DNA of 64,000 nucleotides from Candidatus Krumholzibacteriota bacterium (GTDB lineage: Bacteria; Krumholzibacteriota; Krumholzibacteriia; Krumholzibacteriales; Krumholzibacteriaceae), in assembly GCA_016932415.1 (NCBI GenBank), contig JAFGCX010000001.1, forward strand, positions 17,934 to 81,933. The letters are read 5' to 3'. Under the pieces are notes generated by a model, which worked only from the letters and a program-made list of their open reading frames with translations, was not told the DNA's origin and ran no database searches. Positions 9,961-17,542 of this stretch are shown piece by piece. A program made the translations under genes and the position numbers. Numbering within the stretch: the stretch's first letter is position 1; every line of letters starts with the position of its first letter.

Positions 9961-10702
9961 CTATTTTTCTCTCTTCATTTCCCGATTTTCCGGTTTCCTG
10001 CCTGTATAACCATATATCATTCCCCTGGGACATCTGACGAGCCGCCAGAAAACCCGATTTCACAGTTTCAAGGACAGCCAGAAATGTCACTATGACCTCA
10101 AGTTTGTCATATACCCCCGCGAAAAGTTCGGAGAAAAGGACCTCTGATCGTTTGCTCATACGGTCTCTGATCAGGTCAATCTTTTCTTCTATAGTATACT
10201 GTTCCTTCCTGATCCGGTAACTGACCTGGTTCTTGAGTTCTTCCATCACCTTTTTGAAGGCATCGACCAGGTCAAAGACTGAGACTTCCATCCTGTCGTC
10301 TTCACTCTCTTCCTGTGTGACTGAATGTCTCTGGGTCGGCCTTGGAAAAATCTTTCGCCGGTCTATCTCCTTCTGCGCGAGACAGACAGCTGCTTCCTTG
10401 TATTTTCTGTATTCAAGAAGGTTTCTGACAAGTTCTTCCCTGGGATCTTCCTCCTCTTCATCAGATTCCTCTCTTCTCGGAAGAAGCATCTGGGCCTTGA
10501 TCCTCATCAGGGTCGCTGCCATTACGAAGAACTCGCCTGCCACTTCAAGCCTCAACTCTTTCATTATATCGATATATGAAAGATATTCCTTCGTGATATG
10601 TGAGACGGGGATATCATAGATGTTGATCTTGTCCCTGCGGATGAGATGCAACAGCAGGTCCAGAGGCCCCTCAAATTGTGTCAAACGGATCTGGTAAACC
10701 AT
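9944..10702 (-). CDS. scpA: Segregation/condensation protein ScpA (kleisin)
   Basis: FEGPLDLLLHLI, DPREELVRNLLEY, IVTFLAVLE. Confidence 0.93.
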   Translation of the reverse strand: MVYQIRLTQFEGPLDLLLHLIRRDKINIYDIPVSHITKEYLSYIDIMKELRLEVAGEFFVMAATLMRIKAQMLLPRREESDEEEEDPREELVRNLLEYRKYKEAAVCLAQKEIDRRKIFPRPTQRHSVTQEESEDDRMEVSVFDLVDAFKKVMEELKNQVSYRIRKEQYTIEEKIDLIRDRMSKRSEVLFSELFAGVYDKLEVIVTFLAVLETVKSGFLAARQMSQGNDIWLYRQETGKSGNEERKIDGIPA

Positions 10703-10771
10703 CCGGCGCCCTTCTTCGCAAATATATAGCGCGCTGGCCCAATATCACCGGCACGCACGAAAAGACACGTA

Positions 10772-10800
10772 ATGCTAAGAGAAAGTCCCATACCTGTCAA
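10772..10800 (-). promoter_or_regulatory. sigma-70-type promoter of the scpA-scpB-rluB-hisC-cmk-ispH operon
   Basis: TTGACA-N17-TAGCAT on the minus strand. Confidence 0.65.
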
Positions 10801-10817
10801 CTGATTATATTCGTTTC

Positions 10818-11750
10818 CTAACCCCTGGGATGAAATGTCCTGTGGACCTCGAGAAGGTAATCGATATCAAGCCTCGTGTATATCTGTGTCGTTGAAATAC
10901 TTGAATGCCCAAGTAATTCCTGGACAGCTCGAAGGTCAGCCCCTCCCTCGACCAGATGAGTCGCGAAGGAATGGCGAAGGGTATGCGGCGTGATTGTTGA
11001 TGGAAGCCCGCTGATCTGAGCGTATTTCTTGATCATTTTCCAGAAACTGACCCTTGATATCGGTTTTCCACGATAGTTCAGAAAGAGATATTCGGATGTC
11101 CCGTTTTTCAACAGGAATGGCCTGCTCTCCTTTATATACATGTCGAGCGCTCTCGAGGCCTTTTTCCCATACGGTACGATCCTTTCCTTGCTCCCTTTTC
11201 CCCTTATTCTCGCTATCCTGGACCCGGCGTTCATCGATTCGAACTTCAGGCCGCAGGCTTCCGATGCCCTTAATCCGGCAGAGTAGGCCATCTCCATCAA
11301 CGCGGTATCCCTTAACCCAAGGATATCGGGGTCCGGCGCTGACAGGAGTCTTTCGATTTCCGGCTGCGTCAGGACAAAAGGTATCTTCCGAAGATATTTC
11401 GGAGCCGAGACTCTTTCCATCTCAAGGTCTCGGATCACACCCTCGCTGTACATAAACCTGTGAAAACCCTTGATCGCGCTCATTAGACGCGATTTTGAAG
11501 AAGCAGAGACATCCTTTGTACCGTCTGATACAAACGCAAGGCTGGAATCAAGGGTTATCTGAACGACCGAGGTCATGCCTCCACTCTTTAAATACTTAAT
11601 GTATTTTATCAAATCAGCCTTATATGCCATTATGGTATTTCTGCTTAAACCTTTTTCAACAATCAAATGATCGATATATCGTTCGGCCATCGTCTCAAGA
11701 TTGAAGCTCTTTTTATGCGTCCCTGAAATGTTCGAATATCTTTCTGGCAA
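10818..11750 (-). CDS. xerD: Tyrosine recombinase XerD
   Basis: EKGLSRNTIMAY..D, GLRASE, GKGSKERIVP, PHTLRHSFATHL.EGGADLR, LGHSSISTTQIYT, FHPR. The real start may be ATG 11690. Confidence 0.88.
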   Translation of the reverse strand: MPERYSNISGTHKKSFNLETMAERYIDHLIVEKGLSRNTIMAYKADLIKYIKYLKSGGMTSVVQITLDSSLAFVSDGTKDVSASSKSRLMSAIKGFHRFMYSEGVIRDLEMERVSAPKYLRKIPFVLTQPEIERLLSAPDPDILGLRDTALMEMAYSAGLRASEACGLKFESMNAGSRIARIRGKGSKERIVPYGKKASRALDMYIKESRPFLLKNGTSEYLFLNYRGKPISRVSFWKMIKKYAQISGLPSTITPHTLRHSFATHLVEGGADLRAVQELLGHSSISTTQIYTRLDIDYLLEVHRTFHPRG

Positions 11751-13530
11751 CTTTCTTTCCTACTCCCTGTACAGTTTCGATCTCGGCAAGAGAGGCTTTC
11801 CTGACCTCTTCCAGGCTTCCAAATTCGATAAGAAGGGCAAGCTTTCGCTTTTCCCCTACCCCCTCTATATCGTCAAGCCCTGAATGGCTGATCTTCCTGC
11901 TTCTTAATTTCCGGTGGTACTCGATGGCGAACCTGTGAGCCTCGTCCCGCATCCTCTGGAAAAGTTTCAAAACTTCGCTTCTTCTCGGCAGAACGACCGG
12001 GTCCGGCATACCGGCGAGGAATATCTCTTCGTTCTTCTTCGCGATACCAGCGAGCTCTATACCTGTTATCCCCGATTCGCTCATCGCATCTAGAGAAGAA
12101 GAAACATGGCCCTTTCCTCCGTCTACAAGTATCATGTCGGGTTTTCGTGAGTGCCCGGTCTTCAGCGCTGCAAGCCTTCTTGTCAGCATTTCCTTCATCA
12201 TCGAATAATCGTCCACACTATCGACATCCCTGATCCTGTAATGCCTGTATCCGGATTTGACAGGCGCGGCGTTTTGAAAAGTGACCATCGATCCGACCGC
12301 TTCGGATCCCTGAATATTGGATATGTCAAAAGTCTCTATCCTGAAAGGCGTTTTATTCAACCCAAGGGTCCTTTTGACCTCTACGAGCAGCTCGATCACC
12401 GGAGTCTTTCTTCCCGTCGAGGCGACAAGCTTCATCGCGGCGTTCTTTGCCGCAAGTCTCAGGAGATCGTTTCTGTGTCCGCGTTTCGGGACTCTTATCG
12501 ATATCTTTTTCCCCGTCTTTTTCTTCAGCCACTCTTCAAGGACCGTTTTTTCAGAAGGCTCGACCTGCATGTAGAGAGAACGTGGTATATCGGTAGCAGA
12601 GACGTAGTAGAGACTCGAGAAAGAATTAAAAAGGTCAGGCCGGGGAATATCCTCCGTGTCGGAGAGGATAAAGTTTTCAATTCCGAGTATGCGTCCGTCG
12701 CGCACCCGCATGACCACGCCGCACGACTGTTTACCTTCAGTCGATACCGCTATATAATCCTCATCATATCCTTTTACCTCGACGGCGTTCTGTTTTTCGC
12801 TGATCTTCTCGATCGATCTGAGCTGGTCCCTTACGACAGATGCCTCCTCGTAACGTATTTTTTCAGAAAGGCGGTTCATTCTTTTTCTGAGAACCTCCTT
12901 CAACTTTCTGTTCTTTCCTTTCAAAAAAAGACTGACCTGGTCAACGATTTCGAGATATCCGTCCCGGTCAATATTGCCCGTGCATGGCCCGAGGCATCTT
13001 CCTATCTGGTAATTGAGGCATTCCCGCCTGCTTTCATTCCTGAATCGCGGTCCGCCGCAATCACGCAACGGAAATATCGACTTGATCAGCTTAAGAGTGC
13101 GCCGCACGGCGCCAACGTCGGTATACGGACCGAAATATTCCGAACCGTCATTCTCGATCTTTCTCGTTATCATCAGCCTTGGATATTTTTCTCTCCTGGT
13201 CAGTTTTAGAAAAGGGTATTTCTTGTCGTCTTTCAACCTCACGTTGTACTTCGGCCTGTATTCCTTGATCAGGTTGCATTCGAGGACGAGAGCTTCCACT
13301 TCGTTTTCGGTAGCCATATATTCCACGGAATCAACAGATTCGACGAGAACCGCCGTTTTCGCGTCAAGACTCTCCTTCGACTGGAAATAACTTCTGACCC
13401 TGTTTTTCAGGATCTTTGCCTTTCCCACGTAGATGATCCTGCCCATGGAGTCTTTCATCATGTAGACTCCTGGAGAATCAGGTATCCCTCCGAGAATATC
13501 TTTAAGTTTTTCTTTATCGATACTTGACAA
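11713..13530 (-). CDS. uvrC: Excinuclease ABC subunit C
   Basis: GIY-YIG domain (PGVY..IIYVGKA), Cys cluster, FDISNIQG, PDMILVDGGKGH, RDEAHRFA, HhH. TTG start with AAGGA upstream. Confidence 0.95.
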   Translation of the reverse strand: MSSIDKEKLKDILGGIPDSPGVYMMKDSMGRIIYVGKAKILKNRVRSYFQSKESLDAKTAVLVESVDSVEYMATENEVEALVLECNLIKEYRPKYNVRLKDDKKYPFLKLTRREKYPRLMITRKIENDGSEYFGPYTDVGAVRRTLKLIKSIFPLRDCGGPRFRNESRRECLNYQIGRCLGPCTGNIDRDGYLEIVDQVSLFLKGKNRKLKEVLRKRMNRLSEKIRYEEASVVRDQLRSIEKISEKQNAVEVKGYDEDYIAVSTEGKQSCGVVMRVRDGRILGIENFILSDTEDIPRPDLFNSFSSLYYVSATDIPRSLYMQVEPSEKTVLEEWLKKKTGKKISIRVPKRGHRNDLLRLAAKNAAMKLVASTGRKTPVIELLVEVKRTLGLNKTPFRIETFDISNIQGSEAVGSMVTFQNAAPVKSGYRHYRIRDVDSVDDYSMMKEMLTRRLAALKTGHSRKPDMILVDGGKGHVSSSLDAMSESGITGIELAGIAKKNEEIFLAGMPDPVVLPRRSEVLKLFQRMRDEAHRFAIEYHRKLRSRKISHSGLDDIEGVGEKRKLALLIEFGSLEEVRKASLAEIETVQGVGKKVARKIFEHFRDA

Positions 13531-13552
13531 AAGCGCATCCTTGGTTTATGTT
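13524..13552 (+). promoter_or_regulatory. sigma-70-type promoter of rpsT overlapping the uvrC start
   Basis: TTGACA-N17-TATGTT, followed by SD GGAGGTG. Confidence 0.65.
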
Positions 13553-13578
13553 ACCGGAACGTTGGAGGTGATAAAAAG

Positions 13579-13830
13579 ATGCCGAATCATAAGTCCGCAT
13601 GGAAAAGCATACGTCAGGATGCCAAAAGGCGCGAAAGAAACAAAGATCACAAGTCTTTTCTGCGTAAGGCTGTAAAAGCTTTCAAAGCTGTCGAGAGTGC
13701 TGAGGAAGCGAAGGAAAAATTCCCAGGTATAGTATCGACGATCGACAAATCGGTCCAAAAAGGGATAATCCATCACAGAACAGCCGCCAGGATGAAATCC
13801 AGACTATCAAAAACAACTATGGGATCCTAG
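13579..13830 (+). CDS. rpsT: 30S ribosomal protein S20
   Basis: MPNHKSAWKSIRQ..RRERN; IDK...KGIIH..TAARMKSRL. Confidence 0.95.
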   Translation: MPNHKSAWKSIRQDAKRRERNKDHKSFLRKAVKAFKAVESAEEAKEKFPGIVSTIDKSVQKGIIHHRTAARMKSRLSKTTMGS

Positions 13831-15530
13831 AGCTTTCGAAGCTCGACGATCTTTTCGAATATTTCCCCGACAGGGACCTCTTCAACCTGTCGGGTTTTTC
13901 TATGGAATAATTCGACTATTCCGTCGGCGAGTTTTTTCCCGATCGTCACTCTCAGAGGCACACCTATCAATTCGGAATCCTTGAACTTGACCCCCGGGCT
14001 CAGATCTCTGTCATCGAGAAGAACGCCGTACCCGTTTTCGGTGAATTCCCGCTCGAGCGCTTTCGCCGCATCGATGATCTCGCTGTTGGATACATTGACG
14101 GGGAGTATTATCAGGTCGAAAGGAGAGATCGAATCCGGCCATATGATACCATCCTTGTCATGATGCTGTTCGATCGCGGCCGCCACCATCCGGCTCACTC
14201 CAAAACCGTAGCACCCCATTATAAAATTGTGGCTCTCTCCTTTTTCATCGAGGAAGGAGGCGTTCATGCTTTCCGAATACTTTGTGCCCAGCTTGAAAAT
14301 ATGCCCTACTTCGACTCCATTGCTTGATCTCAACTCCTTTTTACACAAAGGGCAAAGGTCTCCTTCCCGGGCCATGACGAAATCGTCGATCATATCTATT
14401 TTGAAATCCCTTCCCGCTTCGACACCGATAAGATGCTTCTCTTTCCTGTTTGCTCCGACAATCATGCCTGAATATTTTTCAATCAGCCTGTCGGCGCAAA
14501 TGACAGTCCCTTCGGGAAGTCCGACAGGGCCGGAATACCCCACCGGTCCACCCGTCAATTCAAGGACTTCTTCAGGGAGCAGAAACCGCGCTTCGGGATC
14601 ATCCAGTATCCTGATCAGCTTTATATCGTTCACTTCCCTGTCTCCGGGGACGAGAAGCGCTATCATTTTTCCCATTGAATGATAGAGAAGGGTCTTTACT
14701 ATTTCAGTCTCGCTTACATCAAGAAAACTAGATACATCTTCCACGGTCGAAGCCCCTGGCGTGTCTACTTCCCTGTACGCTTCCCCCGATCCTTTTCCCC
14801 TGTTGCCATCCTTTTCAATCGCTACTGCCCTTTCAAGATTTACCGCGTAGCCGCACTCGCAGCTCAATATCCTGTCCTCTCCGTTTTCAGCGAGGACCAT
14901 GAATTCATGAGACTCGTTCCCCCCGATATAACCGGATTCCGCCTCGACAACCCTGAATTCCAGTCCGCATCGATCGATGATCCTCCTGTACGCTTTTTCG
15001 ATCTTCCTGTATGTCTCGTCAAGAGATCTGTCATCCGCGTGGAAACTGTAGGCATCTTTCATTATGAATTCGCGGGCTCTCATCACTCCGTACCTTGGAC
15101 GGATCTCGTCCCTGAATTTGGTCAGTATCTGGTAGAGGCACTGTGGCAGATCGCGGTAGCTACGCATCTCATCGCGCGCCACCATCGTGATTACCTCTTC
15201 GTGAGTCGGACCGAGAGCGAACGTCCTGTTTCTCCCGTCTTTCAGCTTGAAAAGTTCCGGCCCGAAGCTTTTAAGCCTGCCGCTTTCTTCGTATATCTCT
15301 TCCGGGTGAAGGATCGGCATCAATACTTCCTGGCATCCCGCCCTGTCCATTTCCTCCCGTATGATATTCTCGATTTTTTTCAGGACCTTGAATCCGATCG
15401 GCAGGAACGTATATACACCGGAAGTAAGTTTCTTTATCAATCCTGCCCTGAGCATAAGGATGTGACTCGGTATCTCGGCATCTCTCGGTGTTTCTTTCAA
15501 TGTCGGAATACAGCTTTCAGACCAGCGCAT
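13827..15530 (-). CDS. proS: Proline--tRNA ligase (bacterial type with INS editing domain)
   Basis: LGPTHEE, KFRDEIRPRYG.MRAREFIMKDAYSF, VEVGHIFKLGTKYS, MGCYGFGVSR. Confidence 0.96.
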   Translation of the reverse strand: MRWSESCIPTLKETPRDAEIPSHILMLRAGLIKKLTSGVYTFLPIGFKVLKKIENIIREEMDRAGCQEVLMPILHPEEIYEESGRLKSFGPELFKLKDGRNRTFALGPTHEEVITMVARDEMRSYRDLPQCLYQILTKFRDEIRPRYGVMRAREFIMKDAYSFHADDRSLDETYRKIEKAYRRIIDRCGLEFRVVEAESGYIGGNESHEFMVLAENGEDRILSCECGYAVNLERAVAIEKDGNRGKGSGEAYREVDTPGASTVEDVSSFLDVSETEIVKTLLYHSMGKMIALLVPGDREVNDIKLIRILDDPEARFLLPEEVLELTGGPVGYSGPVGLPEGTVICADRLIEKYSGMIVGANRKEKHLIGVEAGRDFKIDMIDDFVMAREGDLCPLCKKELRSSNGVEVGHIFKLGTKYSESMNASFLDEKGESHNFIMGCYGFGVSRMVAAAIEQHHDKDGIIWPDSISPFDLIILPVNVSNSEIIDAAKALEREFTENGYGVLLDDRDLSPGVKFKDSELIGVPLRVTIGKKLADGIVELFHRKTRQVEEVPVGEIFEKIVELRKL

Positions 15531-15680
15531 ATGTATCTTTTCCTCTTTTGTTATAGTGCTTCAAGCTAAAAATTACTGTAAATATAACCATTTCCAGTAT
15601 ATACTACGTCAACCCGGGTCAATATGCAAGATTGAAGTATTTATACTCTTTTTGGTTCTTTTCAGAAAGGCGAGGATCCG

Positions 15681-17525
15681 ATGACCGGCGATTTCATGAG
15701 TTTGCTCAAAGAGGGCGTCGTCCTTTTCGACGGGGCGATGGGTACCGTTCTGTACGATCACGGGGTTTTCATCAACCGGTGTTTTGACGAGATAAACCTT
15801 TCCAACCCCACTCTGATCGAAAAGATCCATCGCCAGTACGTCGCCGCTGGCGCCGATGTCATCGAAACGAACACATTCGGAGCTAACCGCGTAAAACTTA
15901 AACTTCACGGTCTTGATTCAAAGATCGAGAAGATCAATATCGAGGGTACCCGTCTTGCCAGAAGAGCCGCTTCGGGAAAAGCTCTCGTTGCCGGTTCGAT
16001 AGGCCCTCTCGGCATCAAGATCGAGCCCTGGGGCCCGACCTCCAACGAAGAGGCGGCAGGATTTTTCCAGGAACAGGGACTCGCTCTCCTCGAAGGCGGA
16101 GTAGACCTCTTCATACTCGAGACTTTCTCTGATCTGAACGAGTTGCACCAGGCGATGAACGGCGTGAAAAAGATATGCGATCTTCCGATCATCGCCCAGA
16201 TGACCCTGCAGAAGGACGGATTGGGACTTTTCGGGACTGAACCTGAAGAATTTGCCATGAGGCTAAGCGAATGGGGAGCTGACGTCGTCGGAGTGAATTG
16301 CTCCGTGGGTCCGAGAATAACTCTCGAGGCGATAGAAAAAATGGCCCGGACTGTGGAGACACCCCTTTCAGCGCAACCGAACGCCGGTATCCCGCAGAAT
16401 GTCGATGGAAGAAACATATATATGGCATCTCCCGAATATCTAGCCGAATATTCAAGACGCTTTGTCTCGGCCGGAGCGAGCGTGGTCGGAGGATGCTGCG
16501 GAACGACGCCGGAACATATCAAAGCGATGAGAAACGCTCTGAGTTCCGTAAAGCCCGCGAAACACCATGTGACGGTCACCATTAAGGACGAAACGCCAGA
16601 TCCTATCGACAGGTCTGTCCCCATCGGCGACAAATCACTCCTCGCTTCAAAGATAACCTCAAAAGAATTCGTCAGGCTTGTCGAGCTTGTCCCCCCTCGC
16701 GGCTGTGAGCCGGACAAGGTGATCGCTTCGGCGGAAAGACTGAAAGAGAGCGGAATAGACGCCATCAATATCCCTGACAGCCCGCGCGCTTCATCGAGGA
16801 TGAGCCCTCTCGCCATGGCCGTGCTCATTGAAAAGAAGTCGGGTATCGAATCGGTCCTTCACTACTGCTGCCGGGACAGGAATATCATCGGAATGCAATC
16901 GGATCTTCTCGGAGCGCACGCCCTCGGCCTCAGGAACATCCTCATAATCACCGGAGACCCGGTCAAGGCGGGAGATTATCCTGACGCTACGTCGGTCTTT
17001 GATATCGACTCTATAGGCCTGACAAATGTCTTATTCGGCCTCAACAGGGGCCTCGACATAGGTGGCCATGATTTCGGAAGCCCTACTTCTTTTCTTGTCG
17101 GCGTGGGCGTGAATCCCGGAGCGGCTGATTTTGAACTGGAGATCGACAGGTTTCACTGGAAAGTGGAGGCTGGAGCTGAATTCGCAATCACTCAACCGGT
17201 ATTCGATATTGAAATATTCGAAAAGTTCCGATCGAGGATCAAATCGATGGAAATACCCATTATCGCTGGGATCTGGCCACTGGTCAGTTATAAAAACGCC
17301 GAATTCATGAACAATGAGCTTCCCGGCGTCTCCGTCCCCGACATTATAATGAGAAGGATGAAAGAAGCGCCGACCGGTGAAGAAGCTTCAAGAGAAGGCG
17401 TGTCGATCGCAGCCGGACTTCTCTCTGAACTCGCTCCCCACATTGCCGGAGTTCAGCTCAGCGCCCCCTTTAACAGGTTCAATCTGGCCCTGGATGTGCT
17501 GAAAGCTTCCGAAACAGATCCCTGA
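15681..17525 (+). CDS. Bifunctional homocysteine S-methyltransferase / 5,10-methylenetetrahydrofolate reductase (YitJ-like)
   Basis: DGAMGT, ETNTFGAN, GVNCSVGP, GGCCGTTPEHI (Zn ligands); C-terminal MTHFR (VELVPP, CRDRN, ITGDP, TQPVFD). Confidence 0.9.
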   Translation: MTGDFMSLLKEGVVLFDGAMGTVLYDHGVFINRCFDEINLSNPTLIEKIHRQYVAAGADVIETNTFGANRVKLKLHGLDSKIEKINIEGTRLARRAASGKALVAGSIGPLGIKIEPWGPTSNEEAAGFFQEQGLALLEGGVDLFILETFSDLNELHQAMNGVKKICDLPIIAQMTLQKDGLGLFGTEPEEFAMRLSEWGADVVGVNCSVGPRITLEAIEKMARTVETPLSAQPNAGIPQNVDGRNIYMASPEYLAEYSRRFVSAGASVVGGCCGTTPEHIKAMRNALSSVKPAKHHVTVTIKDETPDPIDRSVPIGDKSLLASKITSKEFVRLVELVPPRGCEPDKVIASAERLKESGIDAINIPDSPRASSRMSPLAMAVLIEKKSGIESVLHYCCRDRNIIGMQSDLLGAHALGLRNILIITGDPVKAGDYPDATSVFDIDSIGLTNVLFGLNRGLDIGGHDFGSPTSFLVGVGVNPGAADFELEIDRFHWKVEAGAEFAITQPVFDIEIFEKFRSRIKSMEIPIIAGIWPLVSYKNAEFMNNELPGVSVPDIIMRRMKEAPTGEEASREGVSIAAGLLSELAPHIAGVQLSAPFNRFNLALDVLKASETDP

Positions 17526-17542
17526 TCTTTCAGGGCCCTGTA

